Assembly (NCBI GenBank): GCA_002269645.1
Contig: NIVC01003344.1
Location: forward strand, 13,521 to 77,520
Reading direction: 5' to 3'
DNA from: Macrostomum lignano
Lineage: Eukaryota
DNA length: 64,000 nucleotides
Below the pieces are notes generated by a model that saw only the letters and a program-made list of their open reading frames with translations, was not told the DNA's origin and did not search any database. Position numbers and translations under genes: made by a program. How positions within the stretch are numbered: position 1 is the stretch's first letter; each line of letters starts with the position of its first letter. Of the stretch, positions 41,701 through 53,043 are shown piece by piece.

Positions 41701-44066
41701 ATTTTTACTTGGAAAATATATACAATGATGACAGTAAAAAGAAAAACAAAGATTATTTAATTTTTGAGTTTGTTAATAACTTGATATATATTAAATGTAA
41801 ATATGATATTGAATAACATCAGTGGGCTTCCAGTTTGTTTTTCCATATTATTTACAAGTTTGAATTTGTGCCACAACATACCTCTGAGTACTAGATAGAT
41901 TGGTTTACAGATAAGTAAATAGAGTAGTAGCAAAAGTAGTAGATCTGATAAAGAAATTGATATGGTAACAAAAGTAACAATAGATAGAGTCATACATGCG
42001 CAACAGTCGGCTGAGTCGGCCGATCTAGCCAACCAATTTGGCGGCCAACCAAGGTAAGTTGCAAAAATTCTCTCCCAAATAAATACCAAAGTAGTACTAA
42101 GTAGATGATGAGGCATTTTGCTTTAATAAGACAGTTATAGTTACTCTTGCCATTTACCCAAAGTTGCGTTAGTTTTGCTTTAGGACTTCTTTTACATGTA
42201 AGTCACATTTTTGGCCAAAAACTACATCACATTTTTGTTAAAACTAAGTTGCATGGCCAACCAAATTTTGGAGGTTGCGCATGTATGGATGGAGTGGTAG
42301 ATAAGAGCTAGAGGCTAGATCATTTTCTTATGCTATTTCCTATCCTTTTTGGCCATAGACATTTTCTACTAAGGCATTATATTGCAGTACCAATTCAAAC
42401 TTGAAAATAATATCAAGAAACAAACAGGAAAATCAGGATAACCATATAATATCATGGTCAAAAATAGTTGTGTAATCACAAATCTAAACTTTTTGAGATA
42501 TCAAAACAAAAATCAAGATTGAAAAATGTGATAAAATCTTGATGATTAAGATCAAGATCAAGACTGTATCTAACCCCTACTTATGAGAGCTACAAAAATT
42601 ATGTATTAGTTTTTTTAATTGAATCTAAATTTTAATGATTTTTTTGTGCTACTGCATACTAGTACTCTGCTATACTCTGGATCATGTAATATATGCCTGA
42701 AAATTTGGGCATGTATTGGCCTTGTATACCAAAAGTTAGACATGCATAGTTTGCATGCATTATTCCTAAGAAAATAGTTTGTATGCATATCTAATATGCA
42801 CTTTATAGAATAACACAGAAAAGTTAAATGGGAAAAATAGGAAGTTCATTTTAAGCATAAATTTCAAGTTTTTTAGATATAATAAAGCATTTAAACAATA
42901 TTTTTGTATAGTAATAGATCAAATATGGATTTTGCAAGTTTCAAAACCCAATCCTAATAGTAATATATAAAAAATTTTTAATCTAAATCCAAATATCCAA
43001 ATATGTTTCTAAATGCAAACAAAAAATAAAAGGTAAATGGCAAGACTAACTATGACCTTTTTGAGTAACAAAATTGCCCAATCATCTATTTAGTGATCTA
43101 AGTAAGCAACTAGTCTACTTTTCAAATGAAATTTGAGTGAAATTGCAAGAATTAAAACTTAGTAAAGAGTAAATACGTTTTAATTAAACTTAATTCTTAT
43201 ATAGGCCTAACTAATCTAGTCTAGCTAATTCTAATTACTAATACTAACTAATATCACATTTGTGCAATTTGAGAACTTTATTATAAGTCCATGCATTTCA
43301 TTTTGAAAAAACTACTAATGATTATACTTAAATAATGATAGACAAAAAATGTTTATGCAACTTTAGTTTAGGTTCAATGCCTCAAAGGTCCCAAGTAACT
43401 TTACTTAATATAATTTTGGGACAACTAGTCATAATAACTTTACTAAAATAAAATAACTAAAGAAGAGAGGGGGCATAGCCCAGTGGTAGCGCAGCTGCTC
43501 TGGTATGCCAGTAATCCATGCTCGATTCCAAGTATAGTCACATTAATTTGGGGCTGAATTGATATCTTGGCTTGGCTCTGCTCCTGTAATTAATGGCCTT
43601 GAGAGCCAACCTCCAAGGCATAGTGAAGTGTACATGCCTAACAATAATATAAAGTTAGGGCCACTGTACACTCCTGTGTGAGTGTGCACCAGCGTATGTA
43701 TTGCACACTTGTATGCCTGCTCAAAGGAGTTGGCAGAATGGGCAGTAATGCCTCTTGCTGGTTGTGTGCCTATGTTGCTTAAAGTGCGACAGGGTGCACA
43801 CAACCCCCTGCCTCTAGTCTAATAAAAAAATAAAATAAGAAACTAAAGAAGAGAAGAATTAAATGTATATAGATCTAAAATCATAATTCAACTAGTTATA
43901 GGGGATCACAATTAGAAATGTATGATGCAATAAAAATACAATATAATTATTTGATGAAATGCAAAAGATTGATATTGAATATAAACTTACCAATCTGATA
44001 CAACCGGCCTTCTGGAGAGAAAATTGTAATATGCCTATCAAATCCTGCACTGCTGCCTGAAGCCAT
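38752..44066 (-). CDS. PSMA6: Proteasome subunit alpha type-6 (alpha1) (exons 44066-43991, 40658-40366, 39582-39266, 38809-38752)
   Basis: [26 protein letters not shown]|[34 protein letters not shown]...MRPLGCSM...FKTDPSG...LEKKVKKK...[12 protein letters not shown]...[19 protein letters not shown]. All junctions are canonical and in phase. Confidence 0.96.
38872..39232. repeat. 26-bp intronic minisatellite (GAGAATCTGCCTCTCCCTCAGTGCCT)
   Basis: About 13 copies in PSMA6 intron 3. Confidence 0.94.
39625..40305. repeat. 21-bp intronic minisatellite (GCTGAGTCATTCAGATTCATG)
   Basis: About 32 copies in PSMA6 intron 2. Confidence 0.95.
41402..41678. mobile_element. hAT-like MITE, 277 bp
   Basis: Ends CATACATGTGCAAC / GTTGCGCATGTATG with flanking duplication TTTTCTATC (8-9 bp); internally homologous to 41991-42287. 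Confidence 0.88.
41991..42287. mobile_element. hAT-like MITE, 297 bp
   Basis: Perfect TIR CATACATGCGCAAC / GTTGCGCATGTATG; TSD GATAGAGT vs GATGGAGT (7 of 8 match). Confidence 0.88.
43469..43840 (+). mobile_element. Full-length tRNA-derived SINE (family A), 372 bp
   Basis: Head GGGGGCATAGCCCAGTGGTAGCGC...GCTCGATTCC (A and B boxes), A-rich tail, and 14-bp TSD AACTAAAGAAGAGA (43455-43468, 43841-43854). It lies in PSMA6 intron 1. Confidence 0.9.
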
Positions 44067-44674
44067 TGCTAGTCTATAAACACTTGATATAAATTTAAAT
44101 CAGCAACAACTACAAAAGTAGGTATACCTATAACTATACTCTATAATGAGATAGATAATATTAAATATATAATGGGATGCAGAGTAATGTCAATATTACT
44201 ATAGTAAGAAGTCTACTTTGATAGTCTTAAATTTTACTATATTTTTATTAACAATGATAAGTAAAATTTAAGTCAATGGTCTCACTCGACTTAATTTTAC
44301 TATACTTGTGTATGTTTTTATGCACTATATTTTATTGATTTAGGACCATCAAATTTTACTTTACTTGTTTTTACTGAAGTAAGATTTTCCTTTCAAGTAC
44401 GTCACCTTGAATTCTCTTGAAAACAATTTTTTTCTGTACGCGAAATGTTTCATAGAAATGGCCGTGCCAAGTAATAGCGTCGGATAACAAATTACACTAT
44501 TTTACGCTACTTAATGTTATTAAAAATGACGAAAATGAACGTTTTTCCATAAAAATGAACTTTAAAAAAGTAGGTAATTAGAAACTTTTAATTTTTGTTT
44601 CCTATCCGTATAATGAACTCAAAGCAGGGTGCAGGATGCTGTCTGTCAATTTAACCCTAGGCCTTAGTCCATGG

Positions 44675-44765
44675 ACTGAACAGCCGTACGCAGGCTTCAG
44701 ATGCGTCCTGCAATAGCTGCGGTTGCACTTTTGGCCCAATTGGGGCAAGTGTAATCAATCAATTA
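44675..44765 (+). mobile_element. 3' tail fragment of SINE family B
   Basis: Matches the reverse complement of 52175-52275 (CTGAACAGCCGTACGCAG.CTTCAGATGCG...GGCCCAATTGGGGCA.GTGTAATCAAT). Confidence 0.75.
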
Positions 44766-45178
44766 GTTAAAGGAGGATCACTTATCGCTATACAGTTCAT
44801 AAAATTCATATTAATTACTTACAGTTGAGTTCGCGAGGAAAGGCTCAATTCTCACGAGAATCTGTGTGTAACTTACCATTGGCTGAGCCATTAACCGGGG
44901 CAGACTAAATTTGAGCGTTGCTTGAGGTGGGTTGTTTGAAGAGAAATTGCCCGCTTATTCGGTGTCCATGCATGCACCTTGACAATTTTCAGCTCCCAGT
45001 AGTTTAATGGCAACCTCTTTACCAATCAACAAGGCATTGTTTGATACGAGCTAATAGGGAGACTAGCCGGAATTTCACGAAGCTTGCAAATGGAGATTGG
45101 ACGTCGTCTGACGGACAAAGTTTTACTTAGATAAAAGAAGTGTTGCGGAAATTAGTAGCGAAATGCAGGTCTCTATCG

Positions 45179-45190
45179 CGGGCGCCATCT
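45179..45190 (-). promoter_or_regulatory. YY1-like motif (AAGATGGCGCCC) about 1.1 kb upstream of the PSMA6 ATG
   Basis: Motif match only. Such sites are common near housekeeping TSSs; function is not shown. Confidence 0.3.
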
Positions 45191-47078
45191 TACTTTGTCA
45201 AGAAAAAAAACATAGAATCCTAATTTTCTGAACGAAAAGCTTTATGAATATCAATACAGCTATAAGAAAGGCACGACATATCAAAAGATAAACACTGGGT
45301 CTGCCTCCTATCAAATGGCAATAGCAATTTTTGTGCTGAAAAATGGAAACTTCCTATCTCCAAAGAGTATTTTTGGCCTCCATAGAGGCCAAAAAGTGGC
45401 CTTCTAAACTTTTCCATGAAACGTGAGTGTCGCGTCCTGTATATGCGTTGCTTTAGTTGTCCTTGGTAATGGTAATCTTAACTAACCCCAGATCAAATGC
45501 AATCATTTATTTTGTGATAAAAAATGACTTATTTTTTCCAGAAAATTGGCCTTCTAAAAATTATACGATTTTTGACTTTGTTATATTATATTATTGTTAT
45601 ATTACAGTGGTCCTTGCTTGGAGCCAGCATGAGATTCGCGCACCAATGTCACCTCACCGAACTGGCGAGGGGGAGGCACAACTGGCACCTCAAGACTGTC
45701 TGGCTGCTTCGGTATCGTCAGCGATGTCAAGGACCTTGAGAGGGCTACCTCTATGTCAAGCCTACGTACGTTGGACTCTTTGCGACAGTGGCTACTACTG
45801 GTGTGGTCTTGGCAAAGCTGGCACCTAATTGCCTTCCAACGAGAGCAAAACCAGGTGTACAACCAGCTGGTCCCGGGGAAGCCAATGTTCGCCGCCTAAG
45901 CTCCATCAGCAACCTCCAGCCTGAAAAGGTTCTGCAAAGACTCGGCTCAACTGCTAAAGCACTAGACTATATATATGGATATTCTTCACGAGAGATGCAA
46001 CAGCAACCTCAGATACGAGTTGAGATCGAACTACCTGTCGGAGGCTAAGCGATCTTTTTCGGCTGATGGCGCTGAATGGTCTGTTAAGTCGGAGACGAGT
46101 GTCGGAGAAATAGCGGTTCAATGTTTCGAGTAGCTGCAAGTTGCATTCGAGAATCTGTGTCGCCAATTTCTCTGCAAATTGGGTGGAGGCTGCCCCCCAT
46201 CCCTAAGAGGACAAACACCTTCACGAGCATTAAGTGCATGTAGGTTTCGATTATTTTTTACTATATGTGCTCAACCAAATTTAATTGTCCCTTTTCGCAC
46301 ATTTTGGGAATTATGTTGTCTAGTTTTAGTCTTCTCTTTGCCTTCAATTCACATGAGCTACCTACCCTGTACTGTACTACTGCCAGTAGCAATGGAACTT
46401 CCCTCTCGTTATTCTTCTATCTTCTCTATTCTTTCCTACCCTCTCTCCTCTTCCCTTCTACCTCTCTCTCCTATAGTCAAGAGCATCCAGTCCCAGCAGT
46501 GTCCCTTTTATCCGCTATGACTGTGAGATTGACAGCAAAAGACACTATTTGGCAGGTTGGTCCAGAGACCCTTCTAGTCAGAATCCCGATTTCGCTGATT
46601 TCGTGAGCCGATTCGCAAGGTTTGGTGGCGGCGGATTTAGCTTGATCCATGAATTAGCGATCTTATATCTTTTAAATCCCCTGCTTGTCTCTCACTGTCT
46701 TCTCTGAGAAGATAAAGAAGAAACTTTCAGGCAGTAAAAGTCACTACATCTTTATTTTGACAAAACGGTCCTACTTCAACTGATGTACTGATGTGCAGTA
46801 CCCCATCATTGCCTGTTGCATAAGAAAACAAGCCTTAACATTCTTTTTCAATCATAAAAAATAGTCGAGTGAAGAAAAGCCAGCCAAATGCAATATTGAC
46901 AGTCGCTAAATTTAGTTTGCATTGCTTAAGCAAACCCCATCGGCATCAGCATGTAGCCAGTTTGATTGCCCAACCGTGGCAGTATTCAAACAGCTTCGCA
47001 TGTCTGCCAAATAATTGAATTCGAACAGCCATCTCAGCTCTCTGCTCATACTCTGCTCACGTGAGTGCTGTGTGCCCC

Positions 47079-47086
47079 TATTTAAA
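47079..47086 (+). promoter_or_regulatory. TATA-like box (TATTTAAA), with palindromic E-box CTCACGTGAG at 47056-47065
   Basis: About 120 bp upstream of the ATG of the 65-aa secreted ORF. Confidence 0.45.
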
Positions 47087-47206
47087 CGCCTTCTCGTCTC
47101 TTCTTGAGCCGGAAAAACGTGCCGGCACACTAAACCGTCGCATCCAGACGCTCAGACTCTGAGCCTCATCGAAAGGCATCAATAGTTATCGAAATCGACT
47201 CAAAAA

Positions 47207-47404
47207 ATGAAGTGGCAATTTGTTCTTGGCCTTCTGCTCTGCGTCGCCCTGGTCGCCTCCGTATCCGGCGAGGAGCTGCCAGTGGAGACCTTGAAGGCGC
47301 TGGAGGCTCTGTCCAATCCGGTGGAGTCCAGCAGAATGCAACACGAGGAGAAGGCCATCCTCATCAAGAAAGCCGTCTACAAACCGAATTATTACAAAGA
47401 TTGA
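47207..47404 (+). CDS. Small secreted protein, 65 aa, intronless
   Basis: MKWQFVLGLLLCVALVASVSG is a textbook signal peptide. The ORF is a GC-rich island with strong GC3 bias, has an A-rich start context (CAAAAAATG) and an upstream TATA-like box. Confidence 0.75.
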   Translation: MKWQFVLGLLLCVALVASVSGEELPVETLKALEALSNPVESSRMQHEEKAILIKKAVYKPNYYKD

Positions 47405-47779
47405 AGCGCGTACTGCATGAGGATCTGTCCGGACTGAATTGTAAGCCCAACAATATCTAACCGCGTGGCTTAACTGGAAAGTGGAAAGAGCATAAAATAT
47501 TTTTCTCCTATTGATATCCACGTGACTATCGCTTTTAACTATAATGTTAAAAATATACAATCGACAATTCCACACTCAGTATAATGAAATTTAATTTAAC
47601 AAAACATTTTGTATAGTTTTTTGATTTGTGCATTTTTAGCACAGTGCCGCAAGCGCGCTGGTTCTACCCGACGAAGGTAAAAACCCGACGTAGAAATCTG
47701 GTAAAGTTTGGCTGATGCTTGTTCTGCAGTCAACAAAAACAACAACAAAATGCGTTGTCAAGCAAGACAACGTTGTGAC

Positions 47780-47945
47780 GGGACAGGCCGGTGCAGCGAT
47801 AGAGTGCCGCATTGGTGACTCGTTCGTAGCCGATCTTGAAGGCGACGGGCAGCAGGCCAGCGTGCGCCGCATTGACCTGATGTTCGAGTGAATCCGTCAG
47901 CGTCCAGGTCTCGGCGTTTGTTCTACAGGACGGTCTCGATCACCG
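47780..47945 (-). mobile_element. RTE-like LINE ORF2 C-terminal fragment
   Basis: TVIETVL*...AETWTLTDSLEHQVNAAHAGLL...ERVTNAALYR resembles the LYG.ETWTL...VTN.ELY region of RTE elements; it is broken by a stop and a frameshift. Confidence 0.7.
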
Positions 47946-48679
47946 TTCTGCAGGCACAGGTGCTCAAGCAAGTTACAGCAGATATTCAAGAGCTGTCTAT
48001 TGTCACAAAGCATTTAACTACGGGCTGTGTGTAAACGCGCCATTCGATTTAGCAGATCATGTTCTCATTTTTACGGTAAATTTCTATGTATTTGATTCAG
48101 TTTATGCTTAACGTGATTCAGTACTTCAAAATCACTGAAGCGAGTGTTCTTGGTGGCAGCGATAATGGATCTTCAAAGGGCTTGCCTGTCAACTTAAGCT
48201 CATAAGGTGGAGCCAGAGTAACCTATGTACACAAATAGAGAAAAAGAGAACAAGCAAGGGACAATTAGGGACTGTTATGTCAACTTAAGCTCATAAGGTG
48301 GAATCCATAATTGTCCCCTTGCTTGTTCTTTCCTATCACAGGTCCAATTTTTGTAACTTTTTGCCAAATCCAGCTTTCTGGTGTCACTGTGAGCAGAATG
48401 ACGTATCATTCTGCAGGCCCTTTAAGCGCGGATGGCACAGCCCGTTGCAACATCCATTGGGTTGTCTCATATTGTGTCATACTTTATTAAATTTCTTTTC
48501 AAACATTCGCGAACGTTCAGTGAGACGAAAAATAGCTTTAAAAACCAATGATTCGAAATTAAATAAGTTAGCCATGTGTACTTGAAATGAAGTCTACAGG
48601 GAGGGATCATCCCAACAATTCAGGAAGCTGCAGTCAAGCTTATGGCAAATATTCTAGTCCGCAAGGATTTGCTGGATCA

Positions 48680-48820
48680 CCACGCCAGCCTGGTCCGTCC
48701 AAGCGGTCTGCTGAGCTGTTGGCGACTTCAGCTGGTGAGCCACATTATCGTCGCCGAGTCCCTACCCTACCGGCGAGGACAGGCGCGTGCTCTCGACGTT
48801 TCGTCGACTGTCTGCTTTTG
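48680..48820 (+). mobile_element. RTE-like LINE C-terminal fragment
   Basis: SLVRPSGLLSCWRLQLVSHIIVAES...PYRRGQAR...RRFVDCLL resembles the RRL..GH..R tail that follows the previous fragment in RTE ORF2. Confidence 0.5.
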
Positions 48821-49284
48821 TTTAGGATCCACTAAGGTCATACGTGAAGTGTCCTGTGTAGTTTAGTAGTCCTTAAATCCCAATCGAGGTAGTTCTACTA
48901 CTATACATGTGTAATATATCAGTAATGGTATTGAGCGTTTTAATATTTTCGATCGTTATTTTCCATTGATACTAGCTATAGCTGCATGTACTTCGACAGA
49001 GTTTGCAACCTGACTTGGTTAGCCAACTTGGTAATGTAAATTCGTCATCAAAATATTGTCCATTCATTGGATTCTAGGAAATAAGACAGATTAAACAAAC
49101 AAATTAAATTAATTAAATATAAGTAAATTAACAAACAAACTGCATTAATTAATATATAAAAGGTGAAGCAATAGGCGTTTATGCAGTTCTATTTTACAAA
49201 AAAAAATATCGATATAAGACACTTCTTGTATCTGATTAAAAAACACACTGCTATCACTACTATCAGTAATATGTGCGAGACAGG

Positions 49285-52200
49285 TCAAGCAGCCTGAGCA
49301 TCCGTAGACTTGGCCAGCTTCTCGGCCAGCCAACGCTTCTCCAGGCCGGCCTCCACCGTGTCCATGAAACCGTCGAACGGGTTCCGGTTTCTGGGTCGGT
49401 AGCGCTGCAAGGAACGTACGGGGGGAGCGGAGTCTTGCGAGTGCGGTACCTGGTTGCCAAGCTCAGATAGTTTATCTAAATTGGCATTAGGCAGTGCCGC
49501 AAATCACACGGAAGCGCTCTAGACTAATTTTGGTGCGCAAGACTCAAATTATTTATGGTAATTGGCGCAAGTGGTCCAACTGACGTCTTAGCCGTTGAGC
49601 TGCTCTGCCTCTAAAGGAAACACTTTAAAATTAGCTCGTATCGCCATATTAGACCGGCATCATGTCGGCAGTTTCTTTAAATTTTGCAGTGTACTCACAG
49701 TGTACTCGCATGAAATATTAGGAAACGGATTCTGTTGCAGGTGCAGCCTGGGGTCCCATTTCTGCGGCTGTCGCACAGCGGACCACATCGTGCCGGATGC
49801 GTCGCGCATGTTCTTGATCTCGTGCAGCGGGCCGACGACTATTAGAATGATGTTGTAGTTTGAGGCGTCTAATTATAAAACTGCTGCCGGCACAGTTCGT
49901 ATGAGTAAGACAGATGATTTACTAGATGCATGGACTTGGGGCTCTTGTGCTCTTGATAACAAATTAGGCCCCTTTCGACACTCAATATTGGACATATTGA
50001 CACAAACATTACGCACAATCGACACCAAATATTAGACACAATTGACTCCCAAAATTTGGGACAATCGACACCAAATATTAGACACAGTTGACTCCCAAAA
50101 TTTGGGACAATCGACACCAAATATTAGACACAATTGACTCCCAAAATTTGGGACAATCGACACCAAATATTAGACACAATTGACTACCAAAATTTGGGAC
50201 AATCGACACCAAATATTAGACACAATTGACTACCAAAATTTGGGACAATCGACACCAAATATTAGACACAGTTGACTCCCAAAATTTGGGACAATCGACA
50301 CCAAATATTAGACACAATTGACTCCCAAAATTTGGGACAATCGACACCAAATATTAGACACAATTGACTACCAAAATTTGGGACAATCGACACCAAATAT
50401 TAGACACAATTGACTACCAAAATTTGGGACAATCGACACCAAATATTAGACACAGTTGACTCCCAAAATTTGGGACAATCGACACCAAATATTAGACACA
50501 ATTGACTCCCAAAATTTGGGACAATCGACACCAAATATTAGACACAATTGACTACCAAAATTTGGGACAATCGACACCAAATATTAGACACAATTGACTA
50601 CCAAAATTTGGGACAATCGACACCAAATATTAGACACAGTTGACTCCCAAAATTTGGGACAATCGACACCAAATATTAGACACAATTGACTCCCAAAATT
50701 TGGGACAATCGACACCAAATATTAGACACAATTGACTACCAAAATTTGGGACAATCGACACCAAATATTAGACACAATTGACTACCAAAATTTGGGACAA
50801 TCGACACCAAATATTAGACACAGTTGACTCCCAAAATTTGGGACAATCGACACCAAATATTAGACACAATTGACTCCCAAAATTTGGGACAATCGACACC
50901 AAATATTAGACACAATTGACTACCAAAATTTGGGACAATCGACACCAAATATTAGACACAATTGACTACCAAAATTTGGGACAATCGACACCAAATATTA
51001 GACACAGTTGACTCCCAAAATTTGGGACAATCGACACCAAATATTAGACACAATTGACTACCAAAATTTGGGACAATCGACACCAAATATTAGACACAGT
51101 TGACTCCCAAAATTTGGGACAATCGACACCAAATATTAGACACAATTGACTACCAAAATTTGGGACAATCGACACCAAATATTAGACACAGTTGACTACC
51201 AAAATTTGGGACAATCGACACCAAATATTAGACACAATTGGCTACCAAAATTTGGGACAATCGACACCAAATATTAGACACAATTGACTACCAAAATTTG
51301 GGACAATCGACACCAAATATTAGACACAATTGACTACCAAAATTTGGGACAATCGACACCAAATATTAGACACAATTGACTACCAAAATTTGGGACAATC
51401 GACACCAAATATTAGACACAATTGGCTACCAAAATTTGGGACAATCGACACCAAATATTAGACACAATTGACTACCAAAATTTGGGACAATCGACACCAA
51501 ATATTAGACACAATTGACTACCAAAATTTGGGACAATCGACACCAAATATTAGACTCAATTGACACTCAAAATTAAGCTCAACATTACGCACGATTACGC
51601 ATGTTGTCAAGCATGGTGTTACGCATGGTGTCAAGCATTACGCACGATTGACACCAAATCCTTTTGATGTACAACCCTTGATTCCTTTAAAGTACATCAC
51701 CATTTTAATCCGCTTACTTGTGTCCTTGTTTCTCGATAAGAACCGAATATTATACGGATCCTTTTCAATAGCCGTGGTGAACTCCGGCAGTCCAAGCGAC
51801 TGGATTGGAGGATACTGTAAATTAAAGGCAGTTTTACTTTGAAATATTATGCATTTTCACAGGATGTACCAGCAGCCCTGACTTTCTTAACGGCAGGCGT
51901 GTACACTCTCTATTACATGCCAGTTGTACACTGACCCCGGGACGTTTAAGATTATTGCTTAACGAAGATGGGAGAACCATCCAGCGCAGAGGTCAAGGGA
52001 TCATCTGTCCCCCCTCCCCGTCCAGTGAAAATGGTAGGGGTCATGTTGTCTGGGAAAAAACTTTAATATATAATAATAAAACCTTGACTTAACTTTTTCT
52101 TTAAGAGCCCTTTGGCATCAATAAATGGCATTGAATCAGAATGCTACTATACAATAAAAAAATAAAAATAATAATTGATTACACCTGCCCCAATTGGGCC

Positions 52201-53043
52201 AGATGTGCAACCGACAGCTCAGCCGCAGCTATATTGCGCGTCGCATCTGAAGGCTGCGTACGGCTGTTCAGTCGACACACTCACTCTCAATTTCCCCAGC
52301 TAATGCTGGCACCCATTTTACAGTTGGGTGAACTGAAGCAATACAGAGTTAAGTGTCTTGCTCAAGGACACAAATTGTTCCAGTGGGATCGGGCATCGAA
52401 CCCCCAACCTTCAAGTCGTGAGTCCGACGCTCTGACCACTCGGCTACAGCCCCCATCCAGAATGCTAAAATGCTAGAAACAGACGTCTTGCCTGTCTGAA
52501 ATCGTGCGGCCCGACCGTCCCGTAGGGCTCTCTGGGCAGGGCGCCCTCCTGCACGAAGCGCTGCTTGGCCGTATTCGGTCGCATCAACCGGAACAGAGTC
52601 TGCATCCGCTGCTGCTGCTGCTTTTTCTGCGCCGCAGTCTGCCCAAGTGCAGGCAGTCGGTCGCCCGGAGCCACGGCAGCGGCGGCCTCGTATCTGGCGT
52701 CGCTTTCCAGACGGTAGCGCCACGGCTGCACAGCGTCCCGGCTGTTCCTCTTGGGCGGTCGCGGCTCCCAGGCCTGCGGCCGGAAATCCGGCGGCGGCCG
52801 GCGCCAGATGTCGTCGTCGGGAACAGGCGGCGGAACGGAGAAGTGCTTGCTTCGGGTTTTCTGCAACTCCTGGCGAGCGTCGAAGTTCACTCGCTCCTCG
52901 AAGCCGAACGGCAGCAGGCGGATGGTGGTCTGGGAGTCGGCCGCGGCTGCCAGGCTGACGGCCCCCACTGCTGGCTCGGCTAGTGACGGAGCCGGAGTGT
53001 CAGCTGTTTTTGATGAACTCGAATGCTGACCGGCTGACGTCAT
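49285..53043 (-). CDS. C7orf78-like conserved protein (exons 53043-52492, 51814-51718, 49868-49699, 49404-49285)
   Basis: Phase-consistent four-exon frame: ...DIWRRPPPDF...GPHDFRQ|YPPIQSLGLPEFTTAIEKDPYNIRF...QKWDPRLHL...EYT|RYRPRNRNPFDGFMDTVE...AA*. The IW..PPDF, HDFRQYPP, KWD..L and YTR motifs recall C7orf78; this is from memory and needs a search. Intron 1 has a GC donor. Confidence 0.72.
50010..51565. repeat. 46-bp intronic satellite (GACAATCGACACCAAATATTAGACACAATTGACTACCAAAATTTGG), ~33 copies
   Basis: Near-identical copies with no spacers. Confidence 0.97.
52170..52458 (-). mobile_element. tRNA-derived SINE (family B) with conserved central domain
   Basis: Head GGGGGCTGTAGCCGAGTGGTCAGAGCG...GGTTCGATGCC (A/B boxes), followed by TGTGTCCTTGAGCAAGACACTTAAC...GTTCACCCAACTGTAAAATGGGTGCC, resembling the V/Meta-SINE conserved domain. 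Confidence 0.85.

Noticed and set aside
43469-43545. tRNA genes at 43469, 21192 and 52458
   Set aside because: The heads cannot form a complete cloverleaf and run into SINE bodies; the two family A copies also have A-rich tails and TSDs.
48602-48736. Apparent plus-strand exon (cag|GGAGGG...CTG|GTGAGC)
   Set aside because: No partner exons; its 3' half is better explained as an RTE-like fragment.
50010-51565. Possible CRISPR array (regular 46-bp period, partial palindromes); same idea for 16593-16972
   Set aside because: No unique spacers, intronic eukaryotic context and no cas genes.
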